DNA from: Octopus vulgaris
Lineage: Eukaryota
Direction of reading: 5' to 3'
NCBI GenBank assembly: GCA_951406725.2
Contig: OX597822.1
Coordinates: 73,842,001-73,906,000 of the forward strand
Length of the DNA stretch: 64,000 nucleotides
Positions 28,071-43,030 of the stretch are shown piece after piece. Position 1 is the first letter of the stretch; each line of letters starts with the position of its first letter. The position numbers and the translations under genes were made by a program. The notes under the pieces are model-generated. The model did no database searches. It was not told where the DNA came from and worked only from the letters and a program-made list of their open reading frames with translations.

Positions 28071-29010
28071 CTTTCTTGTTTTTGTTTTTTTCTCTTCTCT
28101 GACTTGTTCTTGTTTTTCTCTTCTTTGCGTTGTCCTCAGTTGTTGAGTGGGTATTTTCATAGCCTGCTGAATACCATTTTCTATAAGTAGTGACAGGTAT
28201 TTTTGTTTGAGCAGAAATTCTTTCAGTTCCATCAGGCACTGATTGCTGATCTTCAAATCTTCTACAATAGTACAGATTCTTCTGGCCAAAAAGTATGGGA
28301 TGTAACGTTTTGTATACGGTGGATGGCACGATTTAAAATCCAGGTATTAATCTGTATCTGAGTGTTTATAATATATATATATATGGTAATGGTGGTGTTC
28401 TTTTTAATCACCATTATATCTAGGAATGGTAATTTCGTACTGCTCATCTCCTTTGTAAATTGGATGGATGGGTGTAGGTTGTTCAAGAGGATATTGAATT
28501 CTTCCACAGTGTTTTGAGATTTTGTCCAGATTATGAAGCAATCGTCGAGGTATCTCTTCCATGCCTTTTCAATATACGTCCTAAATTCAGTGCTGCATTT
28601 CTCTATTTCCTGGTGGAGTTTTTGTTCTAAGTATCCCATCACCCAGTTCACGTCAACGGGAGCAAACCTCGTTCCCATGGCCGTGCCTTTAATTTGGATG
28701 TAGTTCTTTCCATTGAAGAAGAAAGTGTTGTTTTCAAGAATAAGTTTGACTGAGTCTAATATAAATGTCACTGTGAATCTGTTGGGAATTGCTTCTCTAT
28801 GTTTATCTACTCAGTATTTAATCGCCTTTATTCCTAAACCATATGGGATATTGGTGTAAAGGCTTACTACATCAAGGCTCAGTAGGACTGAGTTTGTTTC
28901 GGTTGTTTTGGGAAGATGGGACAGGAAATCTATGTCAAACCGAATGAAGATGGCTATGTAGGTACATAGTGGTTTCAAAATAATGTCGATGAAATTTCTT
29001 AAGCAATTCC
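28071..29010 (-). pseudogene. Penelope-like element reverse transcriptase fragment
   Basis: SLDVVSLYTNIP, FNGKNYIQIKGTAMGTRFAP, WKRYLDD, LPFLDI, YLDFKSCHP motifs; stops and frameshift; truncated before GIY-YIG. Confidence 0.92.
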
Positions 29011-30447
29011 TTATGATTACAGCTGTTTCATAATTTGCTTCTGTTACATCATCGAATCTGAATTGCAGTTGTATATATATTGTATACACTTCGCTCACGC
29101 TGGGATACATACATATGCACAAATGCAGTTATAAAGCTACATAACGATGAACGAAAGAGAATTCATTTTCAGGACATATTCCGGACATACCCGATATAGA
29201 AAGAAAACTTTGGATTTATGGTAAAATAGTAGTTGTAGAAGAGAGAAGCGGGAATTGTAACGGATTCACTCCGACCCCTCCCCTGAAACATCCATTAGCA
29301 ACATATGTGTAGCGATATGTTATTTATCTCCATCTACTCGAAGACGGCTTTTCACCTGGCTATGAGGTATCTTGATTTAGCCGTTTTGGCTCCGCTCTTT
29401 GGCATCGTTGATTCGACGCTTCTTTATTCAACATCAGACGTTCAAATATTTCTTTTGTTCTCTATCTTTTCTCCCCCCCCCCCCCCTTGCACTCTCCCCC
29501 TCTCACCGTTCCCACTTCTCTCCTTCTCGTGCGTAAGTATATTTCTTTTTTTATTTATACAAGATGAAACGAGCTTAAGTCATTAGTATTCAATTAATAA
29601 ATTGTAACCTCTCTCTCGTACACATCCACATTCTTTCTATGCATATATTCTGTGCGTTCATGCGCGTTTACATGCATGCATGTGTGTGTGTGAGCGTGTG
29701 TGTGTGTGTGTGAGCGTGTGTGTGTGTGAGTGTGTATTCTTAGCCCTCGCTCAAAATTCACTGTATCCCCTCAGCCGTGCCAAATCTTCAGTGTCCAAAC
29801 AGCTGCGCCCAATGGTCTCATCCTGGTATCACGGACACTCAGGCTCCACCGATTGACTTCCTTTCTCCTTTTCCTCCTCTTTATCCTCCTCCTCCTCTTC
29901 TTCTTCTTCTTCCTTAACCTCCTCCTTCTCTTCTTCTTCTTCCTCCTCTTCTTCTTACTCTTATCAGTCATATTCTGACCAATTCCCACGGTCACACTTA
30001 CTGCTTCATCGCAGTTCCACTTCCTTCACCATCCACTTGTTTCAAAACCACCATCAACCTTGTCAATGCTATCGGTCTCAGAAGGCACGACAAGACTATA
30101 GACATGTCCCTTTCCTGCAGACCTCAACCATTAGGGATAAATAAGACGGGGTCACAAAACGGGGATCACGCGCAATACGGTGTATGTCACCAATCATACA
30201 TGAATGCTCCAACACGTTTATAATCATTTTGATTTTGTTTAATTTGATTCAGGAAGATTGGAGAAATTCAATCTGTACAGTAAGAATATTCTAGTACAGT
30301 AAAAATTCTTGTTTGTATTGATAAGACACGCCGATCATGACGTAACATGTAACACCGATGTCGTGTTTGTTACGCAAGAGAGTTAAAAGTATATGTAATC
30401 AAATACATACGCACACATGTCTATGTACATACACTTAGCTATATACA

Positions 30448-30501
<54 letters not shown>

Positions 30502-30814
30502 TGCACACATACATACATACATAGATTATATATATATATATATATATAGGTGTGTGACTACAGTTTTTCGGAAGTTGACAGTTTCTGGGGAATAAAACGA
30601 ATGGATATTGCAATGTGTTTATAATACCTTGTTGTTATTTAGTTACATTATTCCATTGGTGAATAAATGCAGGAATTCTCTTATAAATACTTAACTCCAA
30701 GAGCGCGTGACTTTTGAACAGTATTGTAAAAGAGTAAATGAAAAAATATTTGTGTGTGTGTGTGTGTGCTAACTCTCATTAGCGTACCCACTGATACATA
30801 CATACATACATACA

Positions 30815-30847
<33 letters not shown>

Positions 30848-30901
30848 GGTATTGTAGGCAAATGCAAGTATGCTTACATGTACAGTTTACCATGTGATGG
30901 G

Positions 30902-31030
30902 GCCAACTACGCCATCATCAGTTGCAGTACAGTCCAATGATGGCTTAGCTCGCCGAAACTTCGAAGTCACTGTTAATACTATTTTTGTTAAAGAATAATG
31001 AATTTGCACTCTATCAAATGTATTGAGTAA
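30902..31030 (+). ncRNA. Decayed hammerhead (CTTCGAAG stem-III family) with short inverted copy and AATAA tail
   Basis: acagt-CCAATGA-tggc[ttagctc]gcc-GAAA-cttcgaag-TC-actgt at 30929-30973; the inverted partial copy keeps CTGATGA. Confidence 0.6.
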
Positions 31031-31157
31031 TCCTATTTAATGTAAAATAGTTTTATTATAACATAAAAACAAACATTAATACATATATATATATAAATAT
31101 ATGTATGTATGTATATATGTATATATGTATATGTATATATATACATATACATATATA

Positions 31158-31645
<488 letters not shown>

Positions 31646-32462
31646 TATATATATTAATTACGACAATTGTTTCGACACATCTAGATTGTGTGTTCGTTTC
31701 TCATTTTACCATCTGTGGTTTCATTTCCTCTGTCTGGCTCCTGAGTAAATTTGTATTTAATAAAAGTAAAGAAGAAAAAAAAAAAAAAAAAGAAAGCAAT
31801 GGAATTGCATCGAGGACTTTAACAACTTGAGAATGAAATGCGTTTCCAACAGCACAGTGTGATTTTTATAAACCTCGAGACTGATATCATGAGAGCTTAA
31901 TAAATTTCAATTTCTTTCAGTATGACAAAATCGCCTTTTTAATCAATTGAAACCGGTTACGTAATCTCATGAAAAAAGTGAGGTTTGTCTTTTAAGTATG
32001 ATAAATTTCGTAAAGCATTCTTTTCTATTCAAACACACACACACGTCTGCGTGTGTGTATGTGCGTATTTGTGTACATGGCATATATTTGTGATTGTCAT
32101 GTATAAGGACGAGAGCACTCAATGTAAATTTGGCGGAGTATACTGTACTATAAAACAAAACTACAGTCTTCAAGAAACACTATGCATCTTCTCGTGGTGT
32201 GATGTCATATATGCTTAACTCACGCTCCTGGGGTATAGACAACTCTTGACCGTCTTCTTTCGCTCAACGCAACACGATTATGAGTTGTTTATACACCTGA
32301 GGAGCGAATTACGCAGGTATGATGTAACATCCCGTTACGCACACATATATACACACATACTCGCATGCATACATACATAAATATAAATATAGCCTGCTTG
32401 TCTAACACTATCTATCTACCTAGCTAACAAGCAATATATATATAAATATATGTATATATATG

Positions 32463-32496
<34 letters not shown>

Positions 32497-32514
32497 CATG
32501 CATTTACATATGTG

Positions 32515-32554
<40 letters not shown>

Positions 32555-32662
32555 TATATCTATATGTGTGCATATATATACGTACGTATGTATATATATA
32601 TGTATATATATGTGTGTTTGTGTGTATATATATATATATATATACATATACATACATATATA

Positions 32663-32707
<45 letters not shown>

Positions 32708-34072
32708 GACACATATAATCATATATATTTTGAATACATATACATGTATATGCATGCACACACACGTGCGCGCACACACGAGCACAGTGGTTGAGAGAAA
32801 CAGGTACAGGTAAATACAATGTTAATGAAATATAATTTTTTTTTTGCTTTCCATCGTCATTCTCTAGTGATAATATTTTCATCTAATTAATATTTGTCTA
32901 CGTATATATAAATAATTATTTATATTGCGTGTATGATTATAAGCGAACACCTGAATATATATTTGTATGTATTAATATTCATTATGTACCACGTGTGTCA
33001 ATGAACGTCTGGTATGTGAATTTGGAAATATTTATACTCACACGTACACATTAATATATACGCACGTATACATATATATAATATACGTATATGAGAGAGA
33101 GAAAGAGAGTGAGTGAGACAGAGAGAGAGAGCCAAAGGGAGAGGGCCAGAGAGGGAGAGAGAAATTGTGCATCGATACGTTATTGCATGCAAATGTGCAG
33201 CACTTTCTCACACACAAAAACACAGGTACATGTATAAATCAACAACTTACTTCCCAATATTGAGCCATTTTAAAGAATAACGATACATACACATAAATAT
33301 TCAAATCTATACAATAAAATCAATTCACAATGGCGAAACTGTGCAGTAATGGATGCGTAACTAATTTATTACACTCTTTAAAACACATATATTCACTCTT
33401 TTTCAATAGTTTTCTCTCTGTATCTTTCTGTTATAACATAATATAAATAATACTTATACACGTGTCTACCTAAATGCGTATATGCATATATACATACAGG
33501 TATCTATTCAAACATGCATGTGTATATCAAATTCAATAAGAGAATATTTACATGCAAAAACTACTTGAGTTCCCCATGGCTTTGAATATATTATTGTGAC
33601 TACGTTAAAACGTGCATAATACAATATATGATATAATGTAGAAGACGGTAAAAAGAAAACTCAAATTAAAATATACATATTCAAGTAAAAGTTATGTTTC
33701 ACTGGCAGTGAGTGAGTGTGTGTGTGTGTGTGTGTGAGTGTGTGCGTGTGTAACAGTGTTTGAAGTTCAGTTTATTGTATTTTCCCGTTGTCTGTGGTTA
33801 TCACAAACACTAAGAGATGTATTACATAAATAATTATTCCAAAAGACAGTCTGCTTTATGTAGAATCTTACACAGTTTTCAGAATTTCAGTCCGTTCATA
33901 CCCCCACCCGCATCCCTCGCGCACACACACCAATACATGCGCGCGCACGCGCGTGTGCGTGTATTTCGTCTTGTGTAAATTTATATGTAAAAGCAGTGGC
34001 ATATTTAATTGAGGGATCAATCAATACTTTTTAATAAAGTATCATATTTATCGATTTTTACAAGAGATGTTT

Positions 34073-34156
34073 GACAGTGACTTCGAAGTATCAAGTTACA
34101 TGTACTCACTCAGATTGTCTGATGATCGTTAGAAAGCCGAAACTTCGAAATCAGTC
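34073..34156 (+). ncRNA. Decayed hammerhead (CTTCGAAG family), inverted pair
   Basis: CTGATGA-tcgttagaaagcc-GAAA-cttcgaaa-TC preceded by the inverted CAGTGACTTCGAAG. Confidence 0.5.
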
Positions 34157-34910
34157 AGCCTTTTCCTGGAAAAATTTCATATATTGTTATACTTCAGGAT
34201 GGTTTTTTTTTTTTTTGCCAAATAAACACTCGCACTATATATATTTTTTTCTTCACTCGTTTATTACTTTTCTTATTTCAACTCATATCCATTGTCCGGA
34301 AATCTTTCGCCACACATCTGTGACCTCTTCAACGACACTTTCTGTCCTCGTGTATGCCTCTGCTCTGCTTAATTCATCCTGTTCTTCTATGATCCCGAAA
34401 TATAACAATATCTGTTTCAACACAAGGTTTCACATAAAGAATCTTGCAACACAAATTCATAAACGTTTTCATATACATTTTCATATGTATTTCAGAGGAT
34501 TTTTGAACTCATAGCTCTGAAAGCGCGAATAAATATCGCGACGCTTTTATCCGACGCTTCAGCAAACCTAGGAATCAACTACCACCCCTACATGCAAATG
34601 CATGTCCCACAAATCTATGATGTATGTCTGGTGGTGTCCCAGAATGGACAAGGTGAAATGCTGAACCGTGTGAAAAATGTATGGGTGTTTTGGTAAAAAG
34701 AACGCTTGATAAGCACGTAGTTCTTGGGAAGAATCTCATGAACATCCCTTTGAGTATGTGCTTAGTACCATGGCTTTGATTTCAGCTATACCTGGTGAAC
34801 AGAATTTTAGTACATGGAATGGAGGTTTGGTGCATGGAGATGTGTTTGACCTATGTACACATAAGCATACACACAAATACACACACACACAAACATACAG
34901 AGATAGATAA

Positions 34911-34990
<80 letters not shown>

Positions 34991-35786
34991 AGAGGCAGGC
35001 ACAACAAATTGAAAGATAGATAGATAGCCATAGATGCATGCACAGATACACACCACATACACACACATATAAATACGTTTGTGTGTGTGCATGCGTGCGT
35101 GCGCGTGTGCTGTTCCGGTGGGGTGGGTTCAGGATGTTTAAAAAACGAAGTTATTAAGAAACTATATATATAGTTTCACGATGACTTATTTTTTTAAACA
35201 TCCTGAAGCCCCTTCAAATTGCCCCTACCCGTTAATAAATTGTAGTATTCCCTAGACCTTTACTACCGACCCTGTAGCCCTGATGGCAACTAATTATTTG
35301 CTCTTAACATATTGGGCTTCTCGACTATTTGTCTAAGTCATATTTTCTTTCCTTTCCCTTCTTCCTTTTGTTTAAATATATATGCTCTTGTTTTTCACTC
35401 CGATGAAGATCCGTTACCTTAATTCGAATGCCTTATGAAGATAAAGAATTTCATTCTCGCATTTATGTATAGACTGCATTTTAGCAATCCGATCAGTAAC
35501 GGCCGTAAGATATCTGATGTCACCTATTTTGTTATGTCATGCTTTGTATTAAAAAATAAGCTATAAATGTGGTCCAATCGATGTGTTGTTTAATCTGTGG
35601 CATTCTCCAATTTCTAATTATTTGTATTTGGTTTCTGATAAGCTCTTGTTTATCCTGTTGTTATCTGCATTTTACGTGTATGGTGTGTGCCTGCGCACCA
35701 AAGCCCAGGGATAATACAGTTAACGGATACCGATCGTATGTGCGGATATTTTATCCCTTAGTCGGTTACTATAATCGCTAACTCTC

Positions 35787-35844
<58 letters not shown>

Positions 35845-35967
35845 AAGAGCGTAGGCTCGAAACGTAAAAGACTTGTTTTATTTCTATTCCTGAGCGCCAT
35901 ACTAATACAAGTGTTTGTTTGTACTCCACCTGCCTTCGTCTTTTGTTTACTTTCGTAAACCTTCCCG

Positions 35968-36017
<50 letters not shown>

Positions 36018-36021
<4 letters not shown>

Positions 36022-36330
36022 CATAAGGGACTAAAGCCATCTGAATATGGCTAGGGACAGGGCAGGGTGGTGGGGGTGTTACTGTTGCATTTAGCCCCAG
36101 GCGAACATCGACGTCACCAGAAAGGCCCGACACCGTCACGGTGTCCTTTAACCTGCAAAGGGAGGTAATTCCCCGTCGGGCCTACCTGGTGACGTCGATG
36201 TTCGCCTGGGGCTAAATGCAACAGTAACACCCCCACCACCCTGCCCTGTCCCTAGCCATATTCAGATGGCTTTAGTCCCTTATGTTATCGAGCAGTTACT
36301 GTCTATATCTCTTTTAGAGAATTATTATTG

Positions 36331-36332
<2 letters not shown>
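36018..36332 (+). mobile_element. PLE-type terminus family B: ~110-bp-arm fold-back plus tail, in (TA)n
   Basis: 36018-36131 and 36175-36288 are inverted; motif homology to family A; no hammerhead retained. Confidence 0.85.
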
Positions 36333-36368
<36 letters not shown>

Positions 36369-36664
36369 ATGTATGTATGTATATATATATGTGTATGTAT
36401 GTATGTATTATGTATGTATGTATGTATGTATGCATGTATATGTTTGTGTGTGTGTGTGTTTGTCACCCCTGCCACCATCGCTTGACAACCAATGTTGGTG
36501 TGTTTACGTCCTCGTAACTTAGTGGTTCGGGAAAAGAGAGTGACAGAATAAGTACTCGGGTTACAAAGAATAAGTCCTGGAGTCGATTTGTTGGACTAAA
36601 GGTGGTGCTCCAACATGGCCACAGTCAAATGACTGGAGCAATTAAAAGAAAAACAAGCAAGGGA

Positions 36665-36706
<42 letters not shown>

Positions 36707-36872
36707 GTTTCAAGTTTTCGCACAAAGCCAGCAATTTTAGGGGATGTGAAAGTCGATTGCATTGAACCGAGTGCTTAACTAATACTTATGCAATCAACAG
36801 AGAAAGCATAAATGGCAAAGTGGACATCGGTGGAATTTGAAGTCAGAACGTATATATATATATAATATGAAA

Positions 36873-36918
36873 AAAACTGTCCGACGAACGGGAACTTGAA
36901 ACTCTGAGTAACAGTTTT
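36873..36918 (+). ncRNA. Hammerhead-like motif (CCGACGA core)
   Basis: aaaactgt-CCGACGA-acgggaactt-GAAA-ctctgag-TA-acagtttt; 8-bp stem I; AATAAA tail follows. Confidence 0.55.
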
Positions 36919-37024
36919 GTGATATTTCTGCTGCTTTTTAATAAAACATATTACTCTACCTCTGGTATTCGAGTATCATTTTATCCACCTTGTTTCGCAT
37001 TTACATGCTTACTCCGGTATATAC

Positions 37025-37086
<62 letters not shown>

Positions 37087-37127
37087 TTATATATGTATGT
37101 ATATATGAACACACACACACACACACA

Positions 37128-37178
<51 letters not shown>

Positions 37179-37688
37179 AATCAAGTGTTATTTCCCAATT
37201 AATAATTCCTGTTGCTATAATTCCGACAAATATCCAAAGCAATTCCCATTAGACAATCAAAGGAAACGATATTATTGAAAACGAGATTATGTTGACCAGC
37301 AAAAGCAGGTCTGACTCAACGATTCCCACAATTTGGCCAGCACTGGCAAATTACACAGACTAAATTATTTACAAACATGCTCTGATAATCACGGAGGCGG
37401 TCTATAGAGTGAACGCCATTGATTGACGGCGATTCGGTGCAGTTTAGATCAAACGGGCATTTGAGATTTTTAAATGTATGTATTTGTGTTTACTTACGTC
37501 ACACACAGTCTCTCTCTCTCTTTCCCCCCTCTCTCTCTCTTTCCCTCCCTCCCTCTCTCTCTTTCCCCTCCCTCTCCCTTTAACTTTCTCTTTCTCCTCA
37601 AACTCTCACACGCACTCACACCAAGAAGTGTATCGTGTATAGTCACCACATCTATGGATATGTACTCATACGCACATATGTGAATGTA

Positions 37689-37742
<54 letters not shown>

Positions 37743-37810
37743 CATATTTACATATGAATATTTAAATATGTATACTTGTCTCTTTCAGCATCGCTTTCAT
37801 ATGTATGGGA

Positions 37811-37865
<55 letters not shown>

Positions 37866-37908
37866 TTATCTATATATATATGTATATATATATATGTGTA
37901 TGTACATT

Positions 37909-37988
<80 letters not shown>

Positions 37989-38007
37989 CATACATATATA
38001 TATATAT

Positions 38008-38056
<49 letters not shown>

Positions 38057-38559
38057 CACATTATATATATATTGTGTGTGTGTATTTGCGCATATTAATG
38101 AATTAAACTCTTACAGAGTCCTCCGTTAAATGCTTATACGCTCGTGTGTATTCAAGTATATTTATACACAGATAAATATACATGTCATTTTACTCAGTAG
38201 CTGAAATGCAAATTTAGCTATGAATAATAGCTTTTAATGTGTTGCGTAAAAACCTCCTCACGGAAAAGGTGAAAAAAGTCACACACGGTGCTTGAAACAT
38301 ATTTCGACCAGAAAAGTAACAGCCTAGATATTGCTGCACCAGAGAGTCTTACTAACACTCAATCGTGAAATTAGAAGCTTTAAACTTGCAAGTGAGAATT
38401 TTGTTTTCTTTGTGTTCCATTAAATCGCACGTTAAAGCATTCAGAAATTTGAAAATGAATCTTTCTGTTTTGTATATATAAAATCATTAAGAATGAAATG
38501 ACCGATTTTGAACCGAAAGTTTATTTTACTTTATCTCAACAAAAAGCAATACAGTTAAT

Positions 38560-39000
38560 CGAAGTATGCACCTGAATTATCAACACAATTATGTCATTTT
38601 ATAGTTAGCTTATTTATACAGACAGTGAAGAATTCAGGAGAGCAAGAAGTGATGAAATCACGAAAGGCTGTTTTTGCATCTAAGTTTTTTCCTGGTAAAA
38701 AGTTGTCTAATGTCAGGAAAATGTGATAGTTAGTTGGTTCAAGGTCTGGTGAATATAGTAGATGATAGACTACTTCCAAGTTCAGTTCCTGCAACTTGAG
38801 TACCGATCTTTGTGCAACATGTGGTCGAGCATTGTCTTGCAAGAGAATTGGTCTGTCTCTATATTGCTCGATCTCGGTTGTTTAATTGCAAGTTCACCCA
38901 TCATTTTATCCAATTGGTTGCTATATACATCCGCTGTAATCGACTTACCAGGTCTCATGAAGCTGTAGTAGATGATACCACCGCTGGACGTATCACACAC
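38560..39000 (-). pseudogene. mariner transposase remnant
   Basis: QDNARPHVA and YSPDLEPTNYHIF motifs; frameshifted. Confidence 0.9.
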
Positions 39001-39004
39001 GTTT

Positions 39005-39084
<80 letters not shown>

Positions 39085-39174
39085 TCTTATTTATAACGCT
39101 TTGTCCATCCATCCGTCCAGCTATCCATCCATCCATCCATCCATCCGTCTGTCTATCTATCTATCTATCTATCT

Positions 39175-39177
<3 letters not shown>

Positions 39178-39240
<63 letters not shown>

Positions 39241-39394
39241 GTATATAAAAAAATAGCAGAAAAAAAAACACCTTTTATCAATTCCCTCAAATAATAATTA
39301 TATATATATGTATGTATATGTATATATATATAATTATTATTTGAGAGAATTGATAAAAGGTGTTCTTTTTCTGCTATTTTTTTTATATACATAC

Positions 39395-39460
<66 letters not shown>
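39178..39460. repeat. Palindrome with ~60-bp unique arms and mirrored microsatellites
   Basis: 39241-39300 is inverted at 39331-39390; TA-rich centre. Confidence 0.85.
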
Positions 39461-39464
<4 letters not shown>

Positions 39465-39468
39465 CATG

Positions 39469-39513
<45 letters not shown>

Positions 39514-40132
39514 CCGCACAAATACACATACACACAAACCGTTATCTATCCACATTCATGTGTGAATTTGTGCATGTGTGTGTCTGTGCACGCGTGTGTG
39601 TGTACCTGTGTGTGTCTGTGTACGCGTGTGTTAGTATGTGTGATGTGCGTGTCGTTTGCGTTATTGTTTCAAGGACACGGCTATGTTTGAATTTGGTAAA
39701 GTTTATTTACAATTCATTTCAGTTCATTCGGAACATTACCGTTCCCTAGTGTATACATGCATTAACGTTTCGCTAGAACCTCAGCACCATCCTCGAATAA
39801 ACGTTAAGTTTAATCGGTTGTTGATCAGAAGCGATCGAAAACACAATGATACTACGCAGAAGATATTAACTGCGAGATCGTAGTTTATAAAACTAGGGGT
39901 TGGAGAAAAATAAAAATTATCCACTCTACCAATAATCCATTGTACCCTGACTCGATGCCTACGAAAATTCGTCCTTCAAACATTCATTTCGTTCCTTGAA
40001 TGGAACTGCGACAGGACCGAAATGTTAGTGAAGTAATTGTTTCCCGAAAGCTATAATGTTTCGAACTAAACATGAAGAAATAATAATGGAATATGAAAAA
40101 TGAATAAAAATGAGAGAAAACAAATTATCAAT

Positions 40133-40537
40133 AGGCGCAGGAGTGGCTGTGTAGTAAGTAGCTTGCTAACCAACCACATGGTTCCGGGTTCAGTCCCACT
40201 GCGTGGCATCTTGGGCAAGTGTCTTCTACTATAGCCCCGGGCCGACCAATGCCTTGTGAGTGGATTTGGTTGACGGAAACTGAAAGAAGCCTGTCGTATA
40301 TATGTATATATATATATGTGTGTGTGTGTGTGGTTGTGTTTGTCCCCCTAGCATTGCTTGACAACCGATGCTGGTGTGTTTACGTCCCCGTCACTTAGCG
40401 GTTGGGCAAAAGAGACCGATAGAATAAGTACTGGGCTTACAAAGAATAAGTCGCGGGGTCGATTTGCTCGACTAAAGGCGGTGCTCCAGCATGGCCGCAG
40501 TCAAATGACTGAAACAAGTAAAAGAGTAAGAGAGTAA
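40133..40537 (+). mobile_element. SINE family 1, full length
   Basis: Homologous to 4034-4447. Confidence 0.92.
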
Positions 40538-40969
40538 ACTCGGACACAGCCATCTTTGTAGTTCGTTTTTCAAGAAGTGCATGTTTCCAATACACGTACG
40601 CACTCTCAGACACATGTATGCCTATGTATGCAGTCATGTGTGTCTATTTATGTGTGTGTATGTGTGTATGTGTGTATGAGTGTATGTGTGTGTACGTGTG
40701 TGTATAATATGTGTATTATATATTTGTAATATACATGTTATATACAGATATATATATATATATATATAAATTCGGGGTGAGTACTTGATAATTATTTGCA
40801 TCCCCAACCAAGAATTTTTGATGTAACACATGTCCTTGCGGAAGCTGTTGTGCGCGGCTGAAGAAGGCCACCGACATACATTATGCATTGTTATAAATCT
40901 GTCTAATAAAGGCCCGAAACATATGTACCGCTGAATCCTTCGCATCATGTTTTTATTTTATTTTGATCA

Positions 40970-41016
<47 letters not shown>

Positions 41017-41041
41017 CATACATACATACATACATACACAC

Positions 41042-41109
<68 letters not shown>

Positions 41110-41305
41110 ATATATATATAAAGCTGACACAGTACTATATCCCTGGACAAATAAACAATTACTCTAGAGAATGATATTAAGTACTATTTCTCCTGTTTAC
41201 ATATGTATAGCTACGTGTATAATATATATATAGGTGCATATATAATATATGCATATATCTGTTTGTGTGTATATACAGGGATGGCCATTTCTTTAGTATT
41301 ATTAG

Positions 41306-41522
41306 GTGGCGAGCTGGCAGATTCGTTAGCACGCTGGGCGAAATGCTTAGCGATATTTCGTCTGTTACTACTTTCTGAGTTCAAATTCCGCCCGCCGAGG
41401 TCGACTTTGCCTTTCATCCTTTAGGGGACAATAAATGAAGTACCATTTGCGTACTGGGGTCGATCTAATCGACTGGCCCCTTTCCCAAAAATGTCAGACC
41501 TTGTGCTTGTAGGAGGAAAGAT
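41306..41522 (+). mobile_element. SINE family 2
   Basis: GGTGGCGAGCTGGCAGA...GCCTTTCATCCTTTAGGGG. Confidence 0.85.
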
Positions 41523-41568
41523 TATTAGAAATGGGTAAAGTGATTTATGGTCCATCCTTGCATATTTA

Positions 41569-41715
41569 CAGTGACTTCGAAGTTTCAGCTACTTAAGCCG
41601 TCATCAGATAGGCAAGTGATGGCACTTACCTGCCGATGATAGCTTTGAAGTCACTGTCAATACTGCCCTTTTTAAAGAATAATAAATTTGTACTCTACAC
41701 CAAGTATTGAGCAAT
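41569..41715. ncRNA. Hammerhead inverted pair (CTTCGAAG family)
   Basis: Minus 41569-41611: CTGATGA-cggc[ttaagta]gct-GAAA-cttcgaag-TC-actg (stem I damaged); deleted plus-strand copy and tail follow. Confidence 0.6.
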
Positions 41716-41815
41716 AACATTAAAACAAACACACATACACATATGCCTATGGGTGTGTGTGTGTGTATGTATACATGTATATATGCATATATATATATAT
41801 ATGCATGTATATATA

Positions 41816-41857
<42 letters not shown>

Positions 41858-41869
41858 TGTTTATATATG

Positions 41870-42170
41870 TGGAGGCACTGGCCTAGTGGTTAGAGCAGCG
41901 GACTCACGGTCGAGGGATCGTGGGTTCGAATCTCAGACCAGGCGATGTGCGTGTTTATGAGCAAAACACCTAAGCTCTGCGCGGCTCCGGCAGAAGGTAA
42001 TGGCAAATTTCTGCTGACTCTTTCACCACAACTTACTCTCATTCTTTCCTCCTGCATCTTGCAGCTCACCTGCGACGGACCAGCGTCCCGTCCAGGCGGG
42101 GAACCTACACGCCAAGGAAACCGGGAAACCGGCCCTTATGAGCCAGGCATGGCTGGAGAAGAAACAAACA
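41870..42170 (+). mobile_element. tRNA-derived SINE family 3 (head B + V-like tail)
   Basis: TGGCCTAGTGG / GGTTCGAATCT boxes; tail GCGACGGACCAGCGTCCCGTCCAGG. Confidence 0.85.
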
Positions 42171-42194
42171 ATATATATATCTATATATACATAA

Positions 42195-42230
<36 letters not shown>

Positions 42231-42320
42231 ATACACTTGAATGTATATGCATATGTGTGTATGTAGTCGTAGAAGAACATCGAAAATAGTTGCATATCAG
42301 CATATATATATACAGTAATG

Positions 42321-42375
<55 letters not shown>

Positions 42376-42399
42376 TATATACATATATATACGTATATA

Positions 42400-42443
<44 letters not shown>

Positions 42444-42929
42444 CAGAGAGAGAGAGAGAGAGAGGATGCTATTTCCTTTTGGCCTCTTTGGTGAGGTATC
42501 TGTTTCTTTAATGTGTAACATAATTCTGTAAACATTGAAACTACTTCTATACAAACAAATAAACTCTGCGGTCTCCTATATTATTTTTAGAATGGTCTAT
42601 AAGCAAAAACTGAAGAAGAAAAAGGCACTATGAAAATATGTTTATTTTAAAGTTAGTATAGATCTCCGCTAAATTCAGTGCTGTATTTCATGGGATTGAA
42701 ACCGTGAAAACTAAGAAGCTTACTATTAGTAACCTTGTTAGCTGATCACCGGTTACAACTTTCCAGGGAGGCACGTTACTTGATCGCATGAGCGTTCGAA
42801 GATCAGGGCCTTTCGCCAGGTCCGCCGCTACCTCACAGCATTGAGAGGTCATAGCTCCAGTACTACGGACATGCGATTAGAATGTCGTAGAAAAGAATCG
42901 CAAGATGACTTCTGCAAGCTGAGTCAACT

Positions 42930-42977
<48 letters not shown>

Positions 42978-43030
42978 AATAAATGAAAGAATGGAGTTGA
43001 ACGACGAATTAACAAAATTCCTTTATTTTA

